A DNA stretch of 52,356 nucleotides from a virus (IMGVR_UViG_3300021959_000062:1-52356); one strand, 5' to 3'. Numbered from the stretch's first letter, positions 9,511 to 19,901 are shown. The notes: generated by a model from the letters alone, not told the origin. Numbers and translations are program-made.

Positions 9511-12500
9511 TTAACCATAACCACCACCTCCTCCACCATCAGCAGATTGGTAAATGATAATAGTTTGAGTATCACTCACACTAGCAGAAGCAGAAACAGA
9601 ACTAGCTGTTACTGAAACAATAATGCTTTGATCTGTGTCTGTATCCAAGTCTGTTGTATTAAGTGTTACACTAGAACCTGTCGTACTAGATAAAGATACA
9701 CCTGTAGCAGATGTTACGCTCCAAGAATAAGTTACGTCTGTTGCCGTACCTGTAGGAGTAGCATTAAGGGTAACACTAGAACCACCGTTTGTCGTTGTTG
9801 CTGAGCTAATAATAACCGCAGTTAGTGTAGGAGCACTAGAGTCAGATGACTGAACTATAGTAATTGTTTTTGAGTCTGTTACACTAGTGGAAGCAGCCAA
9901 AGACGTTGCTGTCAAAGTAATATCAATAGTTTGATCAGCATCTTGATCTAAGTCGGTAGTATTCAGATTAATACTAGATCCCGTAGTGCTAGACAAACTA
10001 GCTCCTGTAGTAGTTGTTCCACTCCATGCATATGTCACATCTGTTGCTGTGCCTGCTTTACTAGATGTTAACTCTATTGATGATCCACCATTTACACTAC
10101 TTAAAGAACTAATAGTAGTACTAGTTAAAGTAGGAGTAGGACTAGTGCAAGTATTATCATAGATAAAGTTATCTTGTCCTCCCATATATCCATGATAATA
10201 ACACTCATAAGAAGTAGTCGTGAAGTTACCGATAAATATGCCAGTAACACTTCCATAATAGAAAGTATAAGTATTGCCATCTAGTGCTGTTTTAGTACCA
10301 ATAGATGTCGTTCCAGAGTATGCTATAGGCTTACCATTGTTATGAAAAGCTATAGGATGATTAGAAGGAACATTATTAAATACGTAAGTGCCAGTTGTTG
10401 CTTTGAATCTATGTGTATTACTAGAATTGCCATCAAAGACAAATCTATTACCATCTCCAGTATTGGCTATAGTAACATCTATACTACCATCTAAACACAC
10501 ATCTGTTTTACTAGGTGCTAAAGAATCGCAATCAAAACTACCATGATAATCTTCACTCAGGCCATTAGGCATCCAATACAAAACTCCTTGTACTGTATGC
10601 ATGTGAGCCTCGCCATTACCATTCGGATCTCTAATAGCATCATTTTCTGAAGCATATAATGGATAGTAACCTGCTAAACAAATAGGATCTTCTGAATGAT
10701 CTAATAAGAACGAGGAAGTAGCTGTTAGAGTGTTAAATGCAGAAAGAGATTGTGCAGTAAGATAAACATTTACTGTCTCATCATTTCTTTGTTGTACATT
10801 AGTAGAATCGATACGATAGAACCCACTGTTAGAACTAGTTACTCCATATGCATATGCACTGCCAATATTACTCCAAGAATAAATTACATCGGTTGCTGTT
10901 CCTTCTATAGCACTACCAAAAGTATGACCGCTGCCAGCCAACAATGAAGTAATACCAGAAACAATACTAAGACTAGTTAGACTAGCACCCGAGACGACAC
11001 TAAGACTAAATACTTTTTCAAAAAATCTATTAGTTTCATCAGTAGTTCTGATTCTTATGCTGTGTGTGGGTTGAATATCTGCGCTAAGAATAGAATTTAC
11101 TCTTAACTCATTGTTATAAATACTAAAATTACCATTATCATCAGCACTATCACCAGTGACTAAGCTGTAAATATGATTATCATTTGTGTTAGCATCAGTA
11201 GTTATCAGGGTTCCTATTATGGAACCAATCGTAGCTTTTTCACTAATTCTATTTTCCGACAAACTAATGTCTGTTGGAGCAGCAGGGTTGGTAGCATTAC
11301 CAACACCATCAGGTCTATAATACGTATTACCTAAAACAACCAAAGTTTCATATGTGCCATCTCCACCATTTAAAAGTCCATAATTTTCTGCAGAACTTGT
11401 TGATGTAAATAATGGGAAATATCCATCTACACTAATTGGTAATAAAGATGATTCTAAGTCTTGTTTAACTTTCTTATTTTTAGAAAAATTACCTATTATA
11501 TAGGGATATTTAGGTACTAATAAGCTGTCGCTAGTAAATGTTAAATAATAAGCATAAGTACCTTCTGGATATTCGGGCGTTATTGCATATCGACCATTGT
11601 ATTGATCTAAAATACCTGAACCCTCAGCATAATGAAAATCCTCTACAAAAGCACCAGCAGTTAAATTATATGCTACATCGTTAACACTTATGGAGTTAGT
11701 ATATTTCCAATTGTCTGGTCTATGACTATCTCCAGTTTTAGCAATATATGAGCTGGTCATTAATGAACATGGAGAAGTTGCATCGTCAGAATCACTATAT
11801 CCAAATGGTCCGTATACAGGATAGCCATCAAAACAAAAACCTAGCATTTTAGAATGTCCATTAGTATGTCTATAGTAATCACCATTATAATTACTTCCAC
11901 TATAATATGGATTATTATTATAAACTAAAGGATCATTCCAACATCTTGTTAAAAATTTACCATCATAGTATGCATATACTCGTTCAAAATTAACATAACC
12001 ACCACAATCGTCCATTTTAAAATGAGTAGCAAAATGAGATCTATTATAATGAAAACCTGTTGGAGGAGTATAGATACCAACCGATTCAGTACCTGCTCTT
12101 GGAGCAGCAAACATAACTCCGTTTGCAAGCATGCCATTAAATCCAGAAACAGCAGACTCGGATGAAGCTACATTTTTACCGCCTCTGTATCTAAAAGAAA
12201 AACTGTAATTTTGATCAGTGAGTTGGTAGGCATTGAAAAAGTCTGATCTAAGCGTAATGCCATCATTTGTTAAATTGTTACTGGCTTTAGCGGGAAAAGG
12301 ATCTCCGTCGGTACTGATAATAGCATTGAAACCAGAAAAATAAATTTCTGTCACACTAGGATAACTACCAGAGTCTAACGACACAGCAATACTTTCTGGA
12401 TCAAACCATTTGGATTTATCTAAATCAATTCTTTTCCAAAAATTCGTATCAGTACAGATATACATATGGTCGTCAGTATAATTAACATTACCAGCTAAAC

Positions 12501-13959
12501 CACGAGAGTAGGGACTGTGAAGTTCTCCACTTTTAAATGGTGTGAAAGTTTTATCTAAACTAAAAACTAAACTATTATAAGTAGAACTATAATCTAAATC
12601 TATGCCTTTTTCTGCAACGACATTAAATTTTTCATTCTGGCTCAAATTCATAGATATTCTAGGACTATCTGCATTTATTTTAGAGTCACCTATTACTAAA
12701 TTAACATCTCTATCTGTTGGAAAAACTATACTATCATTATCTACTTTAACATAAGGTAGTTGATTCCATCCTGAACTGTTGTTTCCAATCTTTATAAGAT
12801 TTGTATCTGTTTCAAAACCTGGCTCTCCTAAGCCTAATACAGGATTAGTTCCGCTCCAATTAACAGCAGTATCTCTACGCAATCTAATCCTAGCATGATT
12901 AGCATCATTAAAGGTATTAGAAGCTGTAGGAGCATCTGCCTTAGAAGGTTGTATAGCTATAGAATGAAGTGAATATGGACCTAAGCCTACACTGTTTTCT
13001 GCAGCAACTCTAAAAACATATAATTTATTGTTGCTAAGATTTTCTATCGTAAGGCTCGTACTATTAGAAATTCCAGCTAGTTGCCATTCAGTTAAAGAAG
13101 AATCATTTTCATCTGTTTGCACAGCATATTCTACTCTGTACTGTATGATAGCAGCTTCACCATCATCTAAAGGAATGTCCCATGTTAAATTAATAAGTTG
13201 ATAGCCAGGATCTCCAACAACATTTCTAGGCTCTAACGCAAGCACAGGATTATAGTTAAATCTTATGTATGACTCTTCTGTATCTATAACCAATGCTCCC
13301 ACATTACCAGTGGTAGGCACAACAGTAATAGCTAAGTTAAGTCCTGTATTCCAAAAAGATTGGTATGTAATGTCTTTGACAAAACTAGTAATATCTATAT
13401 TATTTAATCCATTGGTGATAGAACCAGATATATATCCAGGGTAAGAGTAAAGATTGGTTGTTTCATCAAGCACAGCAATACGATCTACGGTTAACAAAGC
13501 CATAAATGGATCATCACCATAGTTCGTATCTGCCTCAACACGTATCAAACTTTCTACTGTTGCACTATGATTAGAGATAGCATTTGCACGAAGATACAGT
13601 GTGGCAGAAATTACTGAACTATTATATAAACTATAGTCTGTAGGAATACTAGCTATTCCATATGTTCCGCTAACAAATGGTATTTTAGTATCGGATTTAT
13701 CAGTAGCCAAAACTAAACCATCGTGTTCTCCTAAAATAACATAGGGATGATCGGTATTTGGGAAACCTTCGCCATTTTCGGTTGGTTGTATCCTCTGTGA
13801 GTAGGTATCTCTTAGTATCGTGTCGTCATAAATGAGACTAGAAGTTGATACTATATTGTTCCTGGTAACTTCTCCATATAGATCGTTTATTATGCTTACG
13901 TCTTCACCAACTGGCGTCAGAATAGGATAGTAAAAATAAACACTTTTATTCAAACTCAT
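9511..13959 (-). CDS. Multidomain putative virion adhesin: FN3, internal Mtd_N-like, YHYH-like, cadherin-like, cupredoxin-like, PKD-like repeats
   Basis: Start reassigned to ATG 13959 (AGGAG RBS, ATGA overlap; 1482 aa). Motifs: LTWDIP...YVFRVAAENSVGLGPYS; IRLRRDTAVNW...GEPGFETDT...KIG; GFCFDGYPVYGPFGY...TPEYPEGTYAYY; PTDISLSENRISE; HPIAF...CYYHGYMGG; three GTATDVxYxWS units. Confidence 0.8.
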   Translation of the reverse strand: MSLNKSVYFYYPILTPVGEDVSIINDLYGEVTRNNIVSTSSLIYDDTILRDTYSQRIQPTENGEGFPNTDHPYVILGEHDGLVLATDKSDTKIPFVSGTYGIASIPTDYSLYNSSVISATLYLRANAISNHSATVESLIRVEADTNYGDDPFMALLTVDRIAVLDETTNLYSYPGYISGSITNGLNNIDITSFVKDITYQSFWNTGLNLAITVVPTTGNVGALVIDTEESYIRFNYNPVLALEPRNVVGDPGYQLINLTWDIPLDDGEAAIIQYRVEYAVQTDENDSSLTEWQLAGISNSTSLTIENLSNNKLYVFRVAAENSVGLGPYSLHSIAIQPSKADAPTASNTFNDANHARIRLRRDTAVNWSGTNPVLGLGEPGFETDTNLIKIGNNSSGWNQLPYVKVDNDSIVFPTDRDVNLVIGDSKINADSPRISMNLSQNEKFNVVAEKGIDLDYSSTYNSLVFSLDKTFTPFKSGELHSPYSRGLAGNVNYTDDHMYICTDTNFWKRIDLDKSKWFDPESIAVSLDSGSYPSVTEIYFSGFNAIISTDGDPFPAKASNNLTNDGITLRSDFFNAYQLTDQNYSFSFRYRGGKNVASSESAVSGFNGMLANGVMFAAPRAGTESVGIYTPPTGFHYNRSHFATHFKMDDCGGYVNFERVYAYYDGKFLTRCWNDPLVYNNNPYYSGSNYNGDYYRHTNGHSKMLGFCFDGYPVYGPFGYSDSDDATSPCSLMTSSYIAKTGDSHRPDNWKYTNSISVNDVAYNLTAGAFVEDFHYAEGSGILDQYNGRYAITPEYPEGTYAYYLTFTSDSLLVPKYPYIIGNFSKNKKVKQDLESSLLPISVDGYFPLFTSTSSAENYGLLNGGDGTYETLVVLGNTYYRPDGVGNATNPAAPTDISLSENRISEKATIGSIIGTLITTDANTNDNHIYSLVTGDSADDNGNFSIYNNELRVNSILSADIQPTHSIRIRTTDETNRFFEKVFSLSVVSGASLTSLSIVSGITSLLAGSGHTFGSAIEGTATDVIYSWSNIGSAYAYGVTSSNSGFYRIDSTNVQQRNDETVNVYLTAQSLSAFNTLTATSSFLLDHSEDPICLAGYYPLYASENDAIRDPNGNGEAHMHTVQGVLYWMPNGLSEDYHGSFDCDSLAPSKTDVCLDGSIDVTIANTGDGNRFVFDGNSSNTHRFKATTGTYVFNNVPSNHPIAFHNNGKPIAYSGTTSIGTKTALDGNTYTFYYGSVTGIFIGNFTTTSYECYYHGYMGGQDNFIYDNTCTSPTPTLTSTTISSLSSVNGGSSIELTSSKAGTATDVTYAWSGTTTTGASLSSTTGSSINLNTTDLDQDADQTIDITLTATSLAASTSVTDSKTITIVQSSDSSAPTLTAVIISSATTTNGGSSVTLNATPTGTATDVTYSWSVTSATGVSLSSTTGSSVTLNTTDLDTDTDQSIIVSVTASSVSASASVSDTQTIIIYQSADGGGGGGYG

Positions 13960-16900
13960 GTTTTTCGAACTCCTAAAATTAGTCCTGATGGATCTGCTAT
14001 TAGTCCTGTTGTCCAAGGCTGATCTGTTTCTGGATTATTAAACACAAAAAATTCTCGTGTTTTTCCATATCTAGTTTTAGTTAAATCTATGTTTTCACTT
14101 AAATCTATATATGATTCTTTGTCAATAAAAAATCCTGTTGTTGGTATGTCGAAACCATCTCTGTATCTAGTTCTGGTTACACCATCCTGTACCTGAGCAC
14201 TACCTTGTGTCAATCTGTACTGCCCCATGATATTGTTGCCTCCAATAAACGTTGGCAAAATCTTTGAATTATTAAAATTACCTCCATCTGTCACATATCT
14301 GTTTGAATACCTGCCAAAAGAATCGTACTTCAAACCTCCTTGTTGATAGTGATAAAACGGTCCAATTCCTGTTGGACTAGCTACATATAGCTGTTTTATA
14401 TTAACTGTTGACAACGCAGTATAAGTATTCGGATTGCGTCTAATCCCTATATTGTCTCCAGAATTTACGTAGATTTGAGCCCATTTATTCTGGTAGCTTT
14501 CCCTCGTAGTACTACTAGATTGCTGATTTCCTAGTACAGGAATCATTTCGGAAGAGCCACCTATAGTAAATTGCTTTATATTATTTCTGTAAATTTCAAA
14601 TGTATGATAGTTATTGACTAAAACAGCATCCATATTTAGTACTAAAAATCCTGTGTCATCTACAGTAAATGAAATAAGATCTTCACTAAAAGAAGAAGTC
14701 GAACTCCCTAGAGTTATAACACCTGTCGCAGGATTATTAAGCGTTCCTGAACCTACTAAAGCACCTGATGGCGAAGATAAATTCAATAGCATATTTTTAT
14801 CTATATTGAAATCTCCACTAGGATACAAATCTCCTCCTAGAATACCACTAGTTCTACTCGTAGGAAATATATCATACCTAAAATTAAAAGAAGGGAACAG
14901 ACTAGTATCCCAATTCCTGGTAGATGAAGATAAAACATATTTAGAATTTCTCACACCATTAAGAAAACTGTAGATTGGCCAAGCACTATCAGTTGATTCT
15001 CCCGCCCCCACATAATCTTGTACGAATACAACATGATGCCATTGTTCAGTAGCTGCTGTTTCATTGAATAATAACTTAACGTTTTGAGTATGGACATAAG
15101 TAAGAGTATCTCCGCTATTACTCATGCTGTATGTTATACCTTCTGGATCACAAGATATGTTGATATTTTGAGTTCTAGTTGGAACACCATACTCATAACC
15201 CGTAGGAGGAAATGTGCTGTAAAGATCAATAGGTTCTGATCCAGTAAAGTACACCCAGCTTTCTATCACAAATCTATTATCATCAACCAGATTATAACTA
15301 TTTTGATACAAATGACTATTATCGTAAGCGCTACCATTGAACAACTCATCTTGAGATTCAATAAAAGGTACCACAAAATGTGAACCATGCATATCAACAC
15401 CTGAGCCAAATTTGCTGATAGGTGTTAATGCCGGTATTGATTCAACAGGACTAAAACTTATGGTTTCTTTCTTGAGAGCATCTATTAGACCACCACTTGG
15501 TCTTATCAATATTGATGTTTTATTAGCAAAAAATTTATCTAGTTCTCCTGTTTTTATCACAGGAACAAAGGAGCTATCTAAAAATTCTTTTTTGGCAGCT
15601 GTATATATTTTCATGCCCCCAACAGCATCTTGTATTTCTCGTCTCCAATTGTCTGTTGCTTGAATACCCTCTATGTTTCCGCTACCAAAAGGAATAGCCG
15701 TCATTTGTCCAGCAGTAGCGCTACTAATTTTACCAGTATCTCCATCTAAATTCTTTAAAGCTGCTCTGTGACTAGTAGTATTAGTTGTCCACTCTCTATA
15801 AGGATCTGGAACTACTCCTCCATCCGTAACATCAGCTGTATACTGGCCTCGGACACCAGGAGTAAAAGGAATAATCTTAGCAGTTTTTCCTAAAAATGTA
15901 TTGGCTGTACCACTACCATCATTTAAGATGATATCATCTAGAAGTGTATTAGCTCCTCTTTCATAATAGTTGGACTCTACATCCTCCATATGATTAGAAT
16001 AAGTAGTATTACCACCATAGCTATAATATGTAGTATAAGCTATCGGAATAGAAGCATTGTAAGTTCTATTAAAAAATCTAATATTATCATAATTAAATCC
16101 ACTTATACTTATTTTATCATCCCATAAATCTTTATCTGTAATAGTATCATCTGTTGGTATAGTTAGTAGATCAATATTATCTAATTTTACTTTAATCTCT
16201 GGAGTAACTCCTGTCTGAATAATGCCAAATGTAAAATGACACCATCTGCTCTGTGGTATATATGGAGAAGTAGTATTTCTATCTGCTACAGGCATTAATA
16301 TTCTGCCACCGAGATCGCTCAAATCAGCAGCTTGTGCTGTTCCACTATGGTAAGAAGCTGAACCTCTTGAATATAATGATCTGATGTTATAGTCGGCTAA
16401 ATCATTAGCAATATTAAGATCAAAAGATCCACTAACACCTGCTAGTTGTTCAACCTCTAGACCTATTGTCATCTTAGTATTTTCTACTGTCTCAAGCTGA
16501 TTGCCTGTAACTTTAACTATATTAAAAATTAGTCCTGTAGTATTTCCACTACAAAATGCTACCAGCGGATGTTTTGCACCAAACCTTCCAGCCTCATCAC
16601 TACTATGATAGTTACTATCTTTAGTTTCTATCCCATGTATTCTAAAATTTAAAAAGCTCTCACCACTTTGAGGTAAAGAAAAACCACTAACCTGCAAATA
16701 AGTTAACGGAGCAAGCAGACTAGAGTCGCTAATATCTAAATTATTTAATGCTAAAAATCCGAAAGGAGTTCCGAAAGCAGGATAAGTAGTAGCAGCCCCA
16801 CCAATGGTAGTCGCTCCTACATATTTACTAGTAGGTAGATGTCCATTATTAGGACTATAAGCATAATAATTATTATTGTTATTATAGTCATTTTGAGTAT

Positions 16901-17033
16901 GATCGTAGCTATATCCTCCAAATGCATATTTTTCATATTCTACTGGAACTTGTGGTTGAAAACTCCAGTAATTTCTATCTAGTTGTTTTGTGATCGTACA
17001 ACGGTCAAAACCGTCGAAGAATAAAATGGCCAT
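13956..17033 (-). CDS. Putative virion appendage protein with LamG/concanavalin-A-like domain
   Basis: 1025 aa; starts MAILFFDGFD; FVIESWVY...QWHHVVFV...FLNGV is LamG-like; ends NPETDQPWT...LILGV; AGGAG RBS. Confidence 0.7.
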   Translation of the reverse strand: MAILFFDGFDRCTITKQLDRNYWSFQPQVPVEYEKYAFGGYSYDHTQNDYNNNNNYYAYSPNNGHLPTSKYVGATTIGGAATTYPAFGTPFGFLALNNLDISDSSLLAPLTYLQVSGFSLPQSGESFLNFRIHGIETKDSNYHSSDEAGRFGAKHPLVAFCSGNTTGLIFNIVKVTGNQLETVENTKMTIGLEVEQLAGVSGSFDLNIANDLADYNIRSLYSRGSASYHSGTAQAADLSDLGGRILMPVADRNTTSPYIPQSRWCHFTFGIIQTGVTPEIKVKLDNIDLLTIPTDDTITDKDLWDDKISISGFNYDNIRFFNRTYNASIPIAYTTYYSYGGNTTYSNHMEDVESNYYERGANTLLDDIILNDGSGTANTFLGKTAKIIPFTPGVRGQYTADVTDGGVVPDPYREWTTNTTSHRAALKNLDGDTGKISSATAGQMTAIPFGSGNIEGIQATDNWRREIQDAVGGMKIYTAAKKEFLDSSFVPVIKTGELDKFFANKTSILIRPSGGLIDALKKETISFSPVESIPALTPISKFGSGVDMHGSHFVVPFIESQDELFNGSAYDNSHLYQNSYNLVDDNRFVIESWVYFTGSEPIDLYSTFPPTGYEYGVPTRTQNINISCDPEGITYSMSNSGDTLTYVHTQNVKLLFNETAATEQWHHVVFVQDYVGAGESTDSAWPIYSFLNGVRNSKYVLSSSTRNWDTSLFPSFNFRYDIFPTSRTSGILGGDLYPSGDFNIDKNMLLNLSSPSGALVGSGTLNNPATGVITLGSSTSSFSEDLISFTVDDTGFLVLNMDAVLVNNYHTFEIYRNNIKQFTIGGSSEMIPVLGNQQSSSTTRESYQNKWAQIYVNSGDNIGIRRNPNTYTALSTVNIKQLYVASPTGIGPFYHYQQGGLKYDSFGRYSNRYVTDGGNFNNSKILPTFIGGNNIMGQYRLTQGSAQVQDGVTRTRYRDGFDIPTTGFFIDKESYIDLSENIDLTKTRYGKTREFFVFNNPETDQPWTTGLIADPSGLILGVRKT

Positions 17034-17046
17034 ATTTTCTCCTGAT

Positions 17047-17063
17047 TATATAGTATATACCCC
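17047..17063 (-). promoter_or_regulatory. Putative phage late promoter (variant GGGGTA-N9-TA)
   Basis: Intergenic GGGGTAtatactataTA just before the AGGAG RBS of the gene starting at 17033. Confidence 0.45.
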
Positions 17064-17064
17064 T

Positions 17065-18753
17065 TTATGGAATAAATTCATCCGAAACAGTTGCTAAAGT
17101 AGCTGCGACAGCATATCCTCCACATCCATTGCAGTCTGCGGGGTTCTCATATTTTTCTGGAACAAAATTAGTCTTTGCAAATCGAGCACTATCACTGATC
17201 ATAATATCGTCAATATATCCAATGTATTGAGTACCAGCTTGTATTGCTCCTCTGCCAATACCAAATGTGTCTGAAATATCATATGTTACACCTTGATTAC
17301 CACCAATGATAAGATTGCCAGCACCTGTAATAGCAATATTTTTATCAAATTCTTTTTTATCTTTTAGCTCCCCATTAATATATAGTCTAGCAATATTATT
17401 AAATCTACTAATTGCAATATTTGTATATTCACCAGTAGGTAAAACTCCCGTATAATTTAAGTTTAATGTGCCATAATTATATATAGGTTCACCATATTCT
17501 CCTGTTTCATCAGTCAACTCACTAACAACTGCTCGGAAAGTTAAAACAGTACTAGTTCTAAATAATCTCCAATAATTAGAATTGTCATCATTTTCTCCAG
17601 ACTCATCAGCATGTTGAGTATAAGCAGAAATCAGCGTATCACTGCGACTAGAACTACTAGGTCTAGCCCACATCTCTATAGTAAAATCTCCTCGTAAAGA
17701 CCAATCATCTGCTGTAGTAATAAAATTATCATTCACTCTTAGATGTGGATATGTTCCAGGATTAGGGAAAGAGTCATATACTCCATTAAAGTATAAGCCA
17801 CCAGGACCAAATTTAGACTGCGTACTAACTTCAACAGCAGCAAGTTGATTTATAGTTTTTTCTCTACAAGAGTAATCAAGCAAGGATGACTCGACATCTG
17901 TTATACTATTAGGCTGCATAAACAATTTAATATCACAGTATTTATGCCTCGGGCCAATAGGAGTAAGAATGCCTGTAGTAGAAAATTCTCCAGTGCCTAC
18001 TGCATTAACAGCAGCAATTCTAAATATATGTGGTTGATCATTAACTAAATCTTGTACTAAAATACTATTTAAATTACCTATTCCACTAGATTGTTCAGTA
18101 ATGAACAGCTGTGTATTTACCTGTAATCTGTCTTTATTTTCTATCAAGACCTTTCTGCGATCATATTCTTGGAATGTGCAGTTAGTTCGATAATTATCTG
18201 AAATTAGATTATCGCTAACGGTACCATCAAACATTAAATTATAATCATCCTCGGTAATTACTTGATTATCAGATTCAGTAAAACAAAGACCAAAGCTTAC
18301 AGCTGTAAGATTATTATTATCTTCAGTCAAAATATCACTTAAAAAACAATCTGTATATTGTAATATATATTCTGTAATAGGTGATCTATTATCGTATGGT
18401 ATACTCCAGGAGAATTCTATTTCACTGTCTCCAATAATATTACTTAAAAAGCTTGTTAGGAGTGGAGGCTCTGGTGGAGGGTCATAAGTACAAATATCTA
18501 TTGCTTCATATGTGAGATTTATTCCATCTAATAATTTAGGCAAAGACAGAGCATCAGCAGCTAAATAAGTTAGAGAAGACAATGATTTAGGAGTGTCAAA
18601 GTCTGCAATATCTGCCGCATAATATGTAAGCGAAGATATAGCTTTTGGATCGAGAAAGCTAAATATGTCAGCAACTAAATAATCTACACTAACTTGTTTG
18701 ACATCATCTTCATCATAAACTGTATTGACGCCAAAAAATGGTGGTAATATCAT
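17065..18753 (-). CDS. Putative virion appendage protein: ~19-aa repeats, split FN3 domain, C-terminal LamG
   Basis: 562 aa; FSWSIPYDNRSPITEY...[insert]...FRIAAVNAVGTGEFS; GDFTIEMW...RLYING...YIGYIDDIMISDSARF. Confidence 0.75.
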   Translation of the reverse strand: MILPPFFGVNTVYDEDDVKQVSVDYLVADIFSFLDPKAISSLTYYAADIADFDTPKSLSSLTYLAADALSLPKLLDGINLTYEAIDICTYDPPPEPPLLTSFLSNIIGDSEIEFSWSIPYDNRSPITEYILQYTDCFLSDILTEDNNNLTAVSFGLCFTESDNQVITEDDYNLMFDGTVSDNLISDNYRTNCTFQEYDRRKVLIENKDRLQVNTQLFITEQSSGIGNLNSILVQDLVNDQPHIFRIAAVNAVGTGEFSTTGILTPIGPRHKYCDIKLFMQPNSITDVESSLLDYSCREKTINQLAAVEVSTQSKFGPGGLYFNGVYDSFPNPGTYPHLRVNDNFITTADDWSLRGDFTIEMWARPSSSSRSDTLISAYTQHADESGENDDNSNYWRLFRTSTVLTFRAVVSELTDETGEYGEPIYNYGTLNLNYTGVLPTGEYTNIAISRFNNIARLYINGELKDKKEFDKNIAITGAGNLIIGGNQGVTYDISDTFGIGRGAIQAGTQYIGYIDDIMISDSARFAKTNFVPEKYENPADCNGCGGYAVAATLATVSDEFIP

Positions 18754-18764
18754 AATCTTTTATC

Positions 18765-19901
18765 CTATGGTCCAGAGTTGGCATCTGTGGTATCTCCAGA
18801 CAGTATAACAAGAGAAGGCGACTCGGTAATCTTAACAAGAGTAGCTATAGAATATTGACCAACTAATTTTGTGTGATTATATCTATTTTGTATAGAACCA
18901 CTCATACGAACCTGTCCACTTCCTAATTGCACAATTAAACAATTAAAACCTGCATTTATCGTGCTGTCCATTGATACAGACACGGAGTCAAGATCATAAT
19001 CAAATGTGATAGTCTTACCATTATCTGATTGCACTATTTGATATGTCTGTGATGTTTGACTATTGATAGATGCTGAAAATCTATTAATAGCCCCGTCACC
19101 AAATGATTGTTCTCCAACAAAAGCATTACCTCTACGAGTACTTGCATACTCACCAGAATTATATGTAGAGATAGTACCTAGTCCTAATGTAGTTCTTTGT
19201 TCTGCTGCACTAACATCATTTAAAAATTCTTTAGTAGTATTGGATAAAGTAATTAATTCAAAATCACTATCATCATTTGTATAAAGCAATTGTCCAGATG
19301 TCGTGGTTAAGTTTGCAATATCTTGTAGATTACTATTAAATGCTTGTACATCTGAACCAATAGTCAATCCTGTTACCGCAATCGTCAAAGTATTATCGTC
19401 AGGATCTTGATAAGACAAACTAATATTATTACCTTCTATTAATAATCCTGCTACTTCATCATCTACAGCTTCATTGAAATTAGTAATATCTGAAGACATA
19501 TGTTGATGTCCTACTAGAGTATTAGTAATAGTAATAGAATTGTTAGAATCACTAACAGATAAAGCCGTACCTGCTCCAGCTAGAAAATTTACAGTGGAAT
19601 TAGAGTCATCTACCAAGAAAGTGTCTGTATTATCACCAAAAGTTATAGAACTAACACCGGAGCCAGTTAAACCTCTAACTCCTGATGGTCCAATATCTCC
19701 TTGAGGGCCGGTCGGTCCTTGTGGTCCGGTTGGGCCTGGTAATCCTGAACCAGGAGGACCTTCTGGCCCTTGAACACCTACTGCTATAGAAAGTTCAGCA
19801 GCAGCTGCAGGAGATGAAATAATATTTACAGTGTCACCAGTTCCTTGAGAAACAGAAACTGCTTGTGCTGGAGATGTTGGTTTAATATGTAAGGTTGCCA
19901 T
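18765..19901 (-). CDS. Collagen-repeat fibre protein
   Basis: 378 aa; G-X-Y run (GPTGPQGPTGPQGDIGPSG); fibre motifs QRTTLGLGT and SDNGKTI...GFNCLIVQLGSGQV. Confidence 0.8.
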   Translation of the reverse strand: MATLHIKPTSPAQAVSVSQGTGDTVNIISSPAAAAELSIAVGVQGPEGPPGSGLPGPTGPQGPTGPQGDIGPSGVRGLTGSGVSSITFGDNTDTFLVDDSNSTVNFLAGAGTALSVSDSNNSITITNTLVGHQHMSSDITNFNEAVDDEVAGLLIEGNNISLSYQDPDDNTLTIAVTGLTIGSDVQAFNSNLQDIANLTTTSGQLLYTNDDSDFELITLSNTTKEFLNDVSAAEQRTTLGLGTISTYNSGEYASTRRGNAFVGEQSFGDGAINRFSASINSQTSQTYQIVQSDNGKTITFDYDLDSVSVSMDSTINAGFNCLIVQLGSGQVRMSGSIQNRYNHTKLVGQYSIATLVKITESPSLVILSGDTTDANSGP

